This document shows positions 37,128-46,566 of a stretch of DNA of 64,000 nt, one piece after another. Each line of letters begins with the position of its first letter. The first letter of the stretch is position 1. The translations under genes were made by a program, and so were the position numbers. Under the pieces are notes generated by a model. It ran no database searches and was not told the DNA's origin. It saw only the letters and a list, made by a program, of their open reading frames with translations. This stretch comes from an uncultured Thermoleophilia bacterium (GTDB lineage: Bacteria > Actinomycetota > Thermoleophilia > UBA2241): assembly GCA_963705205.1 (NCBI GenBank), contig CAVPJG010000008.1:72-64071 (forward strand). Reading direction: 5' to 3'.

Positions 37128-37682
37128 CTACGCCGTCAGTACTCCCTCTGCCCCCGTCCCGAGGCCGGGCGCCACGATCGCCGCGCCGGCCTCCGCGGCC
37201 GGCCAGGCGTGGCCGATCCTGCGGCGGAATACTGTGCCCCGGCCGTCCCCAACGTCGCCATCCCGCCTCGCCGGCCGGCCGCCGATGACAGCGTCGGCCG
37301 GCAGGGGAGTGAAGCCCACGGCGAGGAGGAAGGCGACCGACGGGCCCGACGGCGACGAGACGGAGCGGGCCCAGCCGCGCCCGTGCATGCGGGCGGTCGC
37401 GAAGAAGCGCTCGCAGAGTCGCCGTCCGAAGCCCAGGCGCCGGAACGCCGGATGGACCCCGATCATGTGTACGCAGGCCTCGTCCGGGTGCTCCTGGGAG
37501 AGGAAGCCAAGGAGGAAGCCGACGAGCTCACCGTCGCTCGCCTCGAGCACGAAGCTGGTCGGCGTGAGGTGAGAGAAGAAGACGTGCGGCAGGTAGAGAC
37601 TGGTCGCCGGCCCACCCCACCACTCGTCGATGACCGCGAGCACACGGTCGCAGTCCGACGGGCGCACATGACGCAGTTGCAT
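37128..37682 (-). CDS. GNAT-family acetyltransferase, WWGG-motif type (paralog A)
   Basis: MQLRHVRPSDCDRVLAVIDEWWGGPATSLYLPHVFFSHLTPTSFVLEASDGELVGFLLGFLSQEHPDEACVHMIGVHPAFRRLGFGRRLCERFF. ATG 37682 lies 2 nt after the stop of the upstream YHS gene. Confidence 0.8.
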   Translation of the reverse strand: MQLRHVRPSDCDRVLAVIDEWWGGPATSLYLPHVFFSHLTPTSFVLEASDGELVGFLLGFLSQEHPDEACVHMIGVHPAFRRLGFGRRLCERFFATARMHGRGWARSVSSPSGPSVAFLLAVGFTPLPADAVIGGRPARRDGDVGDGRGTVFRRRIGHAWPAAEAGAAIVAPGLGTGAEGVLTA

Positions 37683-37684
37683 CG

Positions 37685-37891
37685 TCAGGACGCCCTGCGC
37701 GAGGGCCTGGGCTCCGTCCGCTCCAGGTACCAACCGGGACGGATGGAGAAGAGCATGCGGCAGCGCTCCGAACAGAAGAGGTACCGGTCGCCCTGCACCT
37801 CGACGCTCAGCGGCGACTGCTCCTCGGCCAGCTCCCGGCCGCATACCGGGTCGCAGACAAGCCGCCTCGGGGGCTCGCTCATCGACTTCAC
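37685..37891 (-). CDS. YHS-domain (TRASH-type) small metal-binding protein (paralog A)
   Basis: 68 aa: ...RRLVCDPVCGRELAEEQSPLSVEVQGDRYLFCSERCRMLFSIRPGWY. Matches the DPVCG...Y(Y/L)FCS..C...F pattern of the YHS domain. Confidence 0.8.
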   Translation of the reverse strand: MKSMSEPPRRLVCDPVCGRELAEEQSPLSVEVQGDRYLFCSERCRMLFSIRPGWYLERTEPRPSRRAS

Positions 37892-38216
37892 CTCCGTATC
37901 GTGCTCGGCTGATGGGTCGTCGCTCCAGAGCGACTACGTCCGATGCTGGAGCGTCCTTGTTCAGGCGGCGTGAGCTTCACGTCAGCCCATCGCTGAGTGG
38001 CCGCCTCGTGAACGCGCCGGGCCGTGCGCTGCGGTCACGCCGTCGGCCCGAACGGCGAGCGGGTGACGAGGCTTCACACTCCGCAAACAAGGGTCGCGTA
38101 ACCTGCAGCCTTGTCTCCCTCAATGGAGGTGTACATGGGTGCGAATCGGTCGGCGACGCCGAGGCAGACGGTTCGCCCTGGCGTGGTGTTCGGCTCGTCG
38201 GGGTAATGCCAAGCCC

Positions 38217-38903
38217 ATGGAGCATACGATACGGCACACCTTCACCCAGCAGCTCGAGGAGCTAGAGCTGCGCACCTTGGGTGGCTTCGACGACGTGAGT
38301 GAACAGCTCGTGCGCGCCATGGACGCCGTGAGGCGATGCGACGCGTCCCTTGCCGCCCTCGTCGTGACGTCCGACCGACAAATCAACCACCGCTACCTCG
38401 ACATCCACCAGGGGGCCATCACGCTGCTGGCGAGTCAGGCCCCCGTGGCCGGGGACCTTCGCCTGGTCGCCGCCCTGCTCCACATCGTCTGGTGCCTGGA
38501 GCGGATGGGGGACCAGTGCGTGAACGTCGCCAAGCTGGTGCCACTCTCCGGCTACGAGTCGCCGCGTGACGAGGAGATGCTGGCCGCGATACAAGACATG
38601 GGGCGGCTCGTGGGCCTGCAGATCGCCCAGGCGAGGGAGACGTTCGCCTCGCGCGACATCGAGCGCGCCGAGGACCTCGCCCTCCAGGATACCGGGGTCG
38701 ACCGCCTCAACCGCCGGGTCTTCCGGCGCGCGGTCGACATCGGAGACGATGTCGAGCTTCGCGAGTGGGCGATGTTCATGGTGCTCATCGCTCGCGCGCT
38801 CGAGCGCATCGGCGACAACACGGTCGACGTGGCCGAGCAGACCGTGTTCCTCGTCACGGGAGAGCTGCGCGAACTGGTCGATGTCCGGCAGTCCCGCGTC
38901 TAG
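38217..38903 (+). CDS. PhoU-family protein (second, divergent copy)
   Basis: MEHTIRHTFTQQLEELE...; repeats …CLERMGDQCVNVAK… and …ALERIGDNTVDVAEQ…. ATG 38217 inside ORF 38139..38903. 325-bp upstream intergenic region. Confidence 0.8.
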   Translation: MEHTIRHTFTQQLEELELRTLGGFDDVSEQLVRAMDAVRRCDASLAALVVTSDRQINHRYLDIHQGAITLLASQAPVAGDLRLVAALLHIVWCLERMGDQCVNVAKLVPLSGYESPRDEEMLAAIQDMGRLVGLQIAQARETFASRDIERAEDLALQDTGVDRLNRRVFRRAVDIGDDVELREWAMFMVLIARALERIGDNTVDVAEQTVFLVTGELRELVDVRQSRV

Positions 38904-39023
38904 GCAGGGGTCTTCATCGGTCGACATCGTGGCTGGGGTGCTACGCCTGGGACCAGAAGCCGGAGCCGTGCGGACGGCTCCCGGTGTGGTCGTGACCGCC
39001 CCGGACAGGCGAGGGGGCTTGCC

Positions 39024-39992
39024 TCAGCCGAACCGCCCGGTCACGTAGGCCTCGGTGCGGGAGTCGCTCGGGTTGGTGAACACCTTGGGCGTCATGTCGA
39101 ACTCGACGAGGATGCCGATCCGATGGTCCTTCTCGTCCTGCCCTTCTGCCACCGTGAAGAACCCGGTACGGTCGCTGACGCGAGCTGCCTGCTGCATGTT
39201 GTGCGTGACGATGACGATGGTGTACTCGGACACCAGCTCGTCCATGAGCTCTTCGATCCTGAGGGTGGAGACCGGATCCAGCGCGGAGCACGGCTCGTCC
39301 ATGAGGATCACGTCGGGCTCGACCGCGATGCAGCGGGCGATGCACAGGCGCTGCTGCTGGCCGCCGGAGAGCGCCATCGCAGAAGACTTGAGGCTGTTCT
39401 TCACCTCGTCCCAGAGCGCAGCGCGTCGGAGTGACCGCTCCACCAGCTCGTCCAGGTTGCCCTTGAACCCGCCGACGCGTGGACCGAAGGCGATGTTGTC
39501 GTAGATCGACTTGGGGAACGGGTTCGGCTTCTGGAAGACCATGCCGATGCGCCGGCGGACCTCCACCGGCTCGACCTTGGGACCATACAGGTCGAGCCCG
39601 TGGTAGAGGACGCCCCCGTGGACCTTGGCGCCTGGGATCAGATCGTTGGTGCGGTTGAAGCAGCGCAAGACGGTGGTCTTGCCGCATCCCGACGGGCCGA
39701 TGAGCGCCGTGATCTCGTTCTTGCGGATGGACATGTTGACGCCCCGGACGGCGTAGGTGCCGCCGTAGGTCACCGCCAGATCCTTCAGCTCGAAGACGGT
39801 CTCTGCCTTGGATTCGTCCCTGGCCTCGCGACGCCGCTGCCGGGTGATCTCGGCCAGCTTCGCGCTCTCCTGCAGGACGGGGTCTGCGTCGCTCTCGGGG
39901 AGGACCGCGGCCTCAGGAAGCACCCCCGGGGTCAGATCTGGCTCTTCCGTCACGATTGCACCTCTGTTCTCACTCCTGGACGTCTCTTTCAT
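39024..39992 (-). CDS. pstB: phosphate ABC transporter ATP-binding protein
   Basis: [53 protein letters not shown]. The roughly 65-aa N-terminal extension begins with low-GC3 codons, so the true start may be GTG at about 39953. Confidence 0.9.
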   Translation of the reverse strand: MKETSRSENRGAIVTEEPDLTPGVLPEAAVLPESDADPVLQESAKLAEITRQRRREARDESKAETVFELKDLAVTYGGTYAVRGVNMSIRKNEITALIGPSGCGKTTVLRCFNRTNDLIPGAKVHGGVLYHGLDLYGPKVEPVEVRRRIGMVFQKPNPFPKSIYDNIAFGPRVGGFKGNLDELVERSLRRAALWDEVKNSLKSSAMALSGGQQQRLCIARCIAVEPDVILMDEPCSALDPVSTLRIEELMDELVSEYTIVIVTHNMQQAARVSDRTGFFTVAEGQDEKDHRIGILVEFDMTPKVFTNPSDSRTEAYVTGRFG

Positions 39993-40029
39993 GTCCGGAG
40001 AGCTTTCACGTCAATCATCCTCACTCCGA

Positions 40030-40944
40030 TCACCATGTCTGCTGGTAGCGGTTGCGGAGCCAGATGGCCACGGCGTTCATCAACAGGGTGATGCACAGGA
40101 GCACGATGATGGCGGCCGCGGCGGCGACGTGGAACTCCACATTGGGCCTTGAGACCCAGTTGAAGATCTGGATGGGGAGCGCGGTGAACGAGCTGTTCAG
40201 CCCCGTCGGGTTGAAGGTGATGAACTGCAGCGCCCCGAGCAGCAGCAGGGGCGCCGCCTCACCGATCGCGCGTGACACGGCGAGGATCGAGCCCGTGGCG
40301 ATGCCCGGGATGGCCGCCGGCAGCACCTGCCTGCTGACCCCCTGCCAGCGCGTCGCGCCGAGCGCCAGCGCGCCGTCCAGGATAGAGCTCGGCACCGCAC
40401 GCAGGGCCTCGCGCGAGGCGATGATGACCACCGGCAGGACCAGGAACGACAGGGTCAGGCCCGCGGTGAGCACGACCGGACCCAGGTTGAAGAAGCCTCG
40501 CGCCAGAAAGGCCAGGCCCAGGATGCCGTACACGATGGACGGCACGGCCGCGAGGTTCTGGATGATGACGTCGATGAACCGGTTGAACCACGCCTCGGTG
40601 TCAGCGAACTGCTCCATGTAGACGGCCGCCCCCACGCCGATGGGGATGGCGACGACGAGCACGATGCCCACCATCCAGAACGTCCCGAAGATCGCCGACT
40701 GGATGCCGGCCTTCTCCGGGAAGCTCGAGGGGAAGTTCGTGATGAGGCTCCAGTTGAGCTTGGGCCAGCCCTCGACGAGGCTCTGCACGATGAGCGCGAC
40801 GAGAACGGCCAGGCCGACCAGCACGCTCCCCGTGACGGCGCCTCGGAACGCCCCGTCCCTGGTGCGGTGCCACCACCCACGCTGGCTGGTCAGCGAGACC
40901 AGCGGGGCCGTGGATGCGTCGTCCTGCGTCGTCAGAGTACTCAA
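40030..40944 (-). CDS. pstA: phosphate ABC transporter permease PstA
   Basis: 304 aa, 6 [12 protein letters not shown] and ALGATRWQ blocks. TTG start overlaps the pstC stop (TTGA). Confidence 0.88.
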   Translation of the reverse strand: MSTLTTQDDASTAPLVSLTSQRGWWHRTRDGAFRGAVTGSVLVGLAVLVALIVQSLVEGWPKLNWSLITNFPSSFPEKAGIQSAIFGTFWMVGIVLVVAIPIGVGAAVYMEQFADTEAWFNRFIDVIIQNLAAVPSIVYGILGLAFLARGFFNLGPVVLTAGLTLSFLVLPVVIIASREALRAVPSSILDGALALGATRWQGVSRQVLPAAIPGIATGSILAVSRAIGEAAPLLLLGALQFITFNPTGLNSSFTALPIQIFNWVSRPNVEFHVAAAAAIIVLLCITLLMNAVAIWLRNRYQQTW

Positions 40945-41891
40945 TCGTAGACCTCGCGGTACTTCCTCACCAGACGGATGCTGATGATGTTCATGATCAG
41001 GGTCATGACGAACAGGCTGATACCGACGGCGAAGATCGTCTTGTAGCCGATGCTGCCGGTCGCCTGGTCACCGAGCCCCGCGGCCCCGATGAAGGCCGTC
41101 ATCGTCTGCATGGCCTCAACAGGGTTGAACGTGAGATTGGGCATGCCGCCGGCGGCGATGAGCACGATCATCGTCTCGCCGACCGCCCGGCTGATGCCGA
41201 GGACGAAGGCGGCGATGATCCCCGAGAGACCCGCCGGCACGACGACGCGTGTGGAGATCTCATACTTCGTGGCGCCGAGGGCGGCCGCGCCCTCGCGAAG
41301 GGATCGCGGCACGGCGTACATGGCGTCCTCGGAGATGGAGGCGACGGTGGGAAGGATCATGATGCCCATCACCAGACCTGCCGAGAGGGCGTTGAACACC
41401 CCCGGCGGGGTCCCGAACAGCCAGTTGTCCCGAAGCAGCGGCGTGATGAACGTCAGGGCGAAGAACCCGTAGACCACGGTGGGAATACCGGCGAGAATCT
41501 CGAGGATGGGCTTGACGAAGCTCCTCGTCCTCCGCGCCGCGTACTCGCTCAGGTAGATCGCCGCCAGGAGGCCGAGCGGCAGGCAGATGAGCGCGGCGAT
41601 GACCGTGACGACGAGGGTGCCCCCGAGAAGCGGCAGGACGCCGAACTTCGAGTTCTTGAAGAGCGGCGCCCATTCCGTCCCCGTGAAGAACTCGACCGGG
41701 CTGACCTGCCCGAAGAACTCGAGGCTCGGGATCAGCAGCGCGAGCACGATACCCAGCGTGAGGACGATCGAGAGCGCCGCACACAGGAACATGCTGCCGA
41801 TGATGATCTTCTCGCGGTAACGGCGGCGGCCCGCCTCCAGGCCCTCGAGGGGACTGGAGGCGGGCTCTACTGTTGGGGCTGCGACCGCCAT
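40941..41891 (-). CDS. pstC: phosphate ABC transporter permease PstC
   Basis: 316 aa, 6 [20 protein letters not shown]-loop region. Confidence 0.88.
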   Translation of the reverse strand: MAVAAPTVEPASSPLEGLEAGRRRYREKIIIGSMFLCAALSIVLTLGIVLALLIPSLEFFGQVSPVEFFTGTEWAPLFKNSKFGVLPLLGGTLVVTVIAALICLPLGLLAAIYLSEYAARRTRSFVKPILEILAGIPTVVYGFFALTFITPLLRDNWLFGTPPGVFNALSAGLVMGIMILPTVASISEDAMYAVPRSLREGAAALGATKYEISTRVVVPAGLSGIIAAFVLGISRAVGETMIVLIAAGGMPNLTFNPVEAMQTMTAFIGAAGLGDQATGSIGYKTIFAVGISLFVMTLIMNIISIRLVRKYREVYD

Positions 41892-41898
41892 CTCTTCC

Positions 41899-42870
41899 TT
41901 ACTGGGCCGCGCCGACGACTCCGTCGAGCACGGACTGAGCGGCCGCGGTCTGCTCAGCGGTGATCGGCACGAACAGGGCCTGCTCGGCGATGCTCTGCGC
42001 GTTGTCCAGATAGAACTGCATGAACGCCGCCATCTCCGGCCGCTGCAGCGCCTCGACCGACGGGTAGATGAAGAGCGGCCTGCTGAGCGGCGTGTACTCG
42101 CCGGACTGCACGGTCTCGAGAGACGGGGTCACGGGGCCGCTGCCGCCGTCGACCGCCACGACCTTCAGCTGGCTGGCGTTCTGCTCGTAGTAGGAGAGGC
42201 CGAAGTAGGCCATGCCGCCCTTGGAGCCGGCCACGCCCTGCACCGCGACGTTGTCGTCCTCGGTGGCCTGGTAGTCGGTCCGGCTGACGCCCTCCTCACC
42301 GTTGATCGCATCGGTGAAGTAGTCGAAGGTGCCGGAGTCCGTACCGGGGCCGAAGAGCTCCAGTGGGACGTCGGGGAAGCTCGGGTCGACCTGGTTCCAG
42401 TTGTTGATCTTGCTGCCGTCGTTCCAGATCATCTTCAGCTGCTCGACCGTGAGGCTGTCAGCCCAGTCGTTCTCGGGGTTGATGACGACCGCGATACCGT
42501 CGTTCGCCACCTGCATCTCGACCCACTCGACTCCGTTGTCGGTGCAGATCTGCTCCTCATCCGACTCGATCTGACGCGAAGCGTCGTTGGCGTCGGTCTC
42601 CCCGGCGCAGAACTTCTCGAACCCGCCGCCCGTGCCGGAGATGCCGACGGTCACACGCACGTCCGGGTTCTCCTCCTGGAAGAACTCCGCCGCGGCCTCG
42701 GTGAGCGGGCCGACCGTACTCGAGCCGTCGATGCGGATGTCGCCCGAGAGGGCTACCGTTCCGGGACTGCTGCTGTCCGAGGTGGACTCCTCGTCGCCCC
42801 CGCAAGCTACGCCGACAAGCGCGATCGCCATCACTGCCGCGACGATCGCAAACCACCGTATGTGCCTCAT
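41899..42870 (-). CDS. pstS: phosphate-binding lipoprotein PstS
   Basis: AGGAGGAA precedes ATG 42870. Lipobox ALVGVAC|[32 protein letters not shown]. Confidence 0.9.
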   Translation of the reverse strand: MRHIRWFAIVAAVMAIALVGVACGGDEESTSDSSSPGTVALSGDIRIDGSSTVGPLTEAAAEFFQEENPDVRVTVGISGTGGGFEKFCAGETDANDASRQIESDEEQICTDNGVEWVEMQVANDGIAVVINPENDWADSLTVEQLKMIWNDGSKINNWNQVDPSFPDVPLELFGPGTDSGTFDYFTDAINGEEGVSRTDYQATEDDNVAVQGVAGSKGGMAYFGLSYYEQNASQLKVVAVDGGSGPVTPSLETVQSGEYTPLSRPLFIYPSVEALQRPEMAAFMQFYLDNAQSIAEQALFVPITAEQTAAAQSVLDGVVGAAQ

Positions 42871-42998
42871 TGTTCCTCCTGTGCCTCTGTGTACTAGCGG
42901 TCCTTGGGTGGTCTCTCGAGACCCGCGCCGAGCGCTGGAACTCAAGTCGCCTCCCAGGCCGTCGCCCCGCAAGGCACGGCCCATACTCCCCAGTTCGT

Positions 42999-43016
42999 GT
43001 TAGCGACTCGTTAGTG
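42999..43016 (-). promoter_or_regulatory. candidate Pho box upstream of pstS (two units, 11-bp phase)
   Basis: + strand: GTTAGCGactcGTTAGTG. Gene sense: CACTAACgagtCGCTAACa. TATGGG (42986..42981) lies 12 nt downstream. About 130-146 nt upstream of ATG 42870. Confidence 0.45.
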
Positions 43017-43112
43017 GACGATGTGGTTGCCGCGAGGCCCAGGAATGCGGACTGCTGGGCCACCTCTGGCAGACCACGACGAGCTGGGTCTTCCGGGGGC
43101 GAGTCTGGACAC

Positions 43113-43919
43113 TCATCGTTCGCGGTTGATGAGGAACACGTCATCGTCGCGTAAGCGCGCCTGAGCCGCCGAGAGCCGTCGGGCCAGGCGTGCTGACCAG
43201 GCGACGGCGGCGGCGACAGCCCCGTTGAATTCGACGTGCCCCTCGCGGTGCACGCTCGTCATCGAAGACAGGCCGGGGAAGCCGGCATTCAGCGAGACGG
43301 CATGGGGAGGCCGTGTGCCACCAGGCCCGGTACTGGACCGAGGACACCTTGGATTCCAAGACGCCAGGACCCGGTCGAGGCCCTCCTGCGAGGATCCTCC
43401 GTGCTCGCTGACGCTGCCGGGCAGGGCCGGCTCGTACTCCGGTGCGATCTGCCGCCTGAAGACCACGCGGTGCCCGCCGGCGCCGGCGTAATCGAACCAC
43501 ACCGGCAAGCCGTCGACGATGACGTCGCCGTGGAGCGGCGCGAAGCCCAGGCTGCGATGGAAGGCGATCGACAGCTGGTTGGACGGCGCCGTGATGCTGC
43601 GCACGCAGCAGCGGCCGTGCATCTGCGCGGCGACGAAGAAGCGTTCGTAGAGCCGCCGCCCCAGGCCGAGCCGCCGGGAGCCGGGGTGGATGCCGATGAA
43701 GTGGACATAGGCTTCCTCGGGATGGGTCTGGGAGAGGAAACCCAGCAGGAAGCCGACGAGCTCGGCGTCGTTCTCGAGCACGAAGCTCGTCGGCGCGAAG
43801 TGCGTGAAGAAGACGTGGGAGAGTCGGGCGCCCATCGGACGGCCGCCCCACCAGGAGTCGATGACGGCGAGCACGGGGTCGTAGTCGGCTGAGTGCACGT
43901 GGCGCAGCCGCATGGTCAC
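43113..43919 (-). CDS. GNAT-family acetyltransferase, WWGG-motif type (paralog B) with about 100-aa C-terminal extension
   Basis: M(T)MRLRHVHSADYDPVLAVIDSWWGGRPMGARLSHVFFTHFAPTSFVLENDAELVGFLLGFLSQTHPEEAYVHFIGIHPGSRRLGLGRRLYERFF. GTG 43919 overlaps the YHS stop (GTGA); ATG 43913 is an alternative. Confidence 0.8.
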   Translation of the reverse strand: MTMRLRHVHSADYDPVLAVIDSWWGGRPMGARLSHVFFTHFAPTSFVLENDAELVGFLLGFLSQTHPEEAYVHFIGIHPGSRRLGLGRRLYERFFVAAQMHGRCCVRSITAPSNQLSIAFHRSLGFAPLHGDVIVDGLPVWFDYAGAGGHRVVFRRQIAPEYEPALPGSVSEHGGSSQEGLDRVLASWNPRCPRSSTGPGGTRPPHAVSLNAGFPGLSSMTSVHREGHVEFNGAVAAAVAWSARLARRLSAAQARLRDDDVFLINRER

Positions 43920-44122
43920 GACGCCTTCCGCCGGGCCGGGTCGTCCGTCGGCTCAACGAACCACGCGGGGCGGATCGAGAACAACCTGCGGCACCGCTCC
44001 GAGCAGAACAGGTAGCTCCGACCCTTGAGCTCGGTGGTCAGCAGAGCCTGACCGGCGGTCAGCTGACGGCCGCACACGGGATCGCGCTGGGGCCGGCAGG
44101 AATGTTCGTTCATGACGCTCAT
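43916..44122 (-). CDS. YHS-domain small metal-binding protein (paralog B)
   Basis: 68 aa: ...RPQRDPVCGRQLTAGQALLTTELKGRSYLFCSERCRRLFSIRPAWF. Confidence 0.8.
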   Translation of the reverse strand: MSVMNEHSCRPQRDPVCGRQLTAGQALLTTELKGRSYLFCSERCRRLFSIRPAWFVEPTDDPARRKAS

Positions 44123-44268
44123 CTCCGCTCCAGTCTCGTAGAACCGACGTCACCGCAGAGGCGACCTCGGTTCAAGATGGCGCAGGCATGTTCAGGGTCG
44201 GTGTGCTCCCGGTCAGCGGACGCTGACCACGACAAGCACCGTCCGCCTTGGCCCAGGAGTCGCGCCGT

Positions 44269-45681
44269 TCACTCCAGGATGTGGGCTTTGATGAGGTTCG
44301 TCTTGCCCGACTTGTTCGTCTGCAGGCCGGCCGTGATCACGACGACCTGACCACGCTCACCGAAGCCCCCGGCAATGACGAGGTCGTTGGCCTCACGTAC
44401 CACATCCTCGAAGTTGCCGCGCTGCGTCCCGAGCAGCGGGCAGACGCCGCGGCAGAGGACGAGCTGGTTGACGACACGCTGATCGGGACTGACGGCGACG
44501 ATCGGCTCCGACGGCAGGTTGCGCGCCACCGCACGGGCAGTCGCTCCGGTGAACGTCGCGCTCACGATGGCCGCGGCTCCGACGCGCTGCGCGACCTCGC
44601 AGGCCCCGCAGCTGATGGCGTTCGAGATGCCGGTGCGGCAGGCGGCCCATGGCTGGGGCGCGCGACCCTCACGCTCGATGTCGGCCTCCACCACGAGCGC
44701 GATCTCGGCCATCGTGCGCACCGCCTCGACGGGGTAGCCGCCGATCGCCGTCTCGCCGGAGAGCATGACCGCGCTGGTCGCGTCGTAGATGGCGTTGGCG
44801 ACGTCGCTCGCCTCGGCGCGCGTTGAGCGCGGAGCGGCGGTCATCGACTGCAGCATCTGCGTGGCCGTGATCACCGGCTTGCCGACGACGTTGGCGGCGT
44901 GGATGATGCGCTTCTGCCAGATCGGCACGAGAGACGGGTCGATCTCGACGCCGAGGTCGCCGCGCGCGACCATCACCGCGTCGGCCGCGTCGATGATCTC
45001 CTCGTGGGCCGCCAGCGCCTCCTTCTTCTCGATCTTGGCGATCACGAGCTGGTCACCGCCGGCGGCGGCGATCGACTCCTTGAGCTCGCGCACGTCGGCG
45101 GCGGTACGGACGAAGGAGAGCGCCACGTAGTCGACGTCCCGGCGCAGCCCCCAGGCGAGGAGCTCGCGATCCGCGGCAGTGAGGGCACTGATCGGCAGAG
45201 TAGTGTCCGGCAGGTTGACGCCCTTGTGCGCCTCGACGACGCCGTCGTTCAGCACTTCGAGCGCAACGGTGGGAAGCTTGACGGCGCTCACCCGCAGGGC
45301 GACGGCGCCATCGTCCACGAGGACCAGCTCGCCGGGTCTGAAGTGCGGCAGCAGCTCGGGGAAGTTGACCCGCAGCTGAGCATCCTGAGCGGTGCCCAGC
45401 TCGACGATCTCGCCCTTGGTCACTCTGAGGGGAGCCGCCAGGTCGGTAAGACGGAGCTTCGGGCCGGGAAGATCCACGAGCACCGCCAGCGGCGAACCGT
45501 GCTGCGCCGCGGCTGCGCGGACTGCGGCGATGCTCTGCTCGTGCTCATCCGTTGTCCCGTGCGAGAGGTTGATGCGCGCCACGTCCATCCCGGCCTCGAT
45601 GAGGCGCGCGAGCACCGGTGCGTCGCGTGACGCCGGCCCAAGAGTGGCGATGATCTTCGTGCGGCGACGCTGCGCAGTCAC
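44269..45681 (-). CDS. pyk: pyruvate kinase
   Basis: 470 aa: TKIIATLGPAS, ARINLSHG, DLPGPKLR, MVARGDLGVEI, TQMLQSM. Confidence 0.92.
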   Translation of the reverse strand: MTAQRRRTKIIATLGPASRDAPVLARLIEAGMDVARINLSHGTTDEHEQSIAAVRAAAAQHGSPLAVLVDLPGPKLRLTDLAAPLRVTKGEIVELGTAQDAQLRVNFPELLPHFRPGELVLVDDGAVALRVSAVKLPTVALEVLNDGVVEAHKGVNLPDTTLPISALTAADRELLAWGLRRDVDYVALSFVRTAADVRELKESIAAAGGDQLVIAKIEKKEALAAHEEIIDAADAVMVARGDLGVEIDPSLVPIWQKRIIHAANVVGKPVITATQMLQSMTAAPRSTRAEASDVANAIYDATSAVMLSGETAIGGYPVEAVRTMAEIALVVEADIEREGRAPQPWAACRTGISNAISCGACEVAQRVGAAAIVSATFTGATARAVARNLPSEPIVAVSPDQRVVNQLVLCRGVCPLLGTQRGNFEDVVREANDLVIAGGFGERGQVVVITAGLQTNKSGKTNLIKAHILE

Positions 45682-45744
45682 CTGCCGTCCCTCGTCAACG
45701 GGGGCGAAGGATGATGGACCGGCCGTGGAAGGCCGGAGCCTGCC

Positions 45745-45912
45745 TCAGGCAGCCGCCTGTGGCTCGGCTGCATGGTCTGTCACTTCCCGCCGAAGCACCT
45801 CCCTGCCGCCGCAGCGAGGGCACTGCGTCGTCGCGGCGGGATCGTTGTAGCCGTTGTCGCGAAGGGCGAACTCGAAGTCGCACCGCGCGCAGGTGACCAG
45901 CAACCCGCTCAT
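45745..45912 (-). CDS. Cys4 zinc-ribbon micro-protein (55 aa; below the ORF-track size cutoff)
   Basis: GGAG precedes ATG 45912. My translation: MSGLLVTCARCDFEFALRDNGYNDPAATTQCPRCGGREVLRREVTDHAAEPQAAA, stop TGA 45747..45745. GC3-rich. Confidence 0.5.
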   Translation of the reverse strand: MSGLLVTCARCDFEFALRDNGYNDPAATTQCPRCGGREVLRREVTDHAAEPQAAA

Positions 45913-46124
45913 CACTATCTCCTTCCTGCCTGGACATGGGGCGACCGTACCCGGCGTCTCTTTGGAGGCCGTGCGCGCACGATGAGGCGAGCGTTAGCCG
46001 GTACCAAGGACCCCCGGCAAGACGGCCCGGAACGTGGCGGCCGACCCAGTGCATCGTCGGCATCACCGCAGCAGGTTCTCTTTGTTCAGCCCGCTCTCTT
46101 GCCCATCCGCGACTCGGCTGCGGA

Positions 46125-46328
46125 CTAGGCGTGGGGCAGCCCCGCGGCGCGACTCGTCCGGGCGCAGGAGCGCACCGCCGCGAAGTCGACGGCGACCAGG
46201 TCGCTCCCGCAGAACGGGCACGCGACCTCCGGGTCATCCGGCAGCCCGTCGTGCTCAGCGACGTCGAAGTCGTCGCCGCAGTTCCAGCAGATGTAGATCA
46301 CGACTGCTTTGCTTTGCGTCAGGTCCAT
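46125..46328 (-). CDS. Cys4 zinc-ribbon micro-protein (67 aa)
   Basis: GAGGAGG precedes ATG 46328. MDLTQSKAVVIYICWNCGDDFDVAEHDGLPDDPEVACPFCGSDLVAVDF.... Confidence 0.55.
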   Translation of the reverse strand: MDLTQSKAVVIYICWNCGDDFDVAEHDGLPDDPEVACPFCGSDLVAVDFAAVRSCARTSRAAGLPHA

Positions 46329-46506
46329 GGCCCCTCCTCGCGTGCGGTTGCGCACGTTTGTAGCCCCCGATTGTGAGAAGGACGTGATGAGGATGTGAGG
46401 AGTCGTTGGTCCGCCTCGACTCAGGGCGCCGCGGCACCGGGCGCGGACTAGTCTGTCCTATCCCCGAGTAGTACCGACACTCGGAGCTTCCTTGCCTCAG
46501 TGAGAT

Positions 46507-46566
46507 GGGGCGACGCATCCTTTCCTGCAAGGACTGTCCAGGTTCTCGCGGAAGGAGCGTCGCCCC
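46507..46566 (+). promoter_or_regulatory. hairpin able to sequester the transposase SD/start
   Basis: GGGGCGACGC (46507-46516) pairs with GCGTCGCCCC (46557-46566). The 3' arm overlaps GGAG and abuts ATG 46567. Confidence 0.4.

Noticed and set aside
46359-46380. TGTAGCCCCCGATTGTG as the left inverted repeat of the IS (it pairs loosely with TGTACAGCCCCCAAGATG at the right end)
   Set aside because: A much better 36-bp match exists 86 bp further in (46445-46480 versus 47557-47592). The outer segment resembles only the internal part of the IR and may be chance or a solo-IR remnant.
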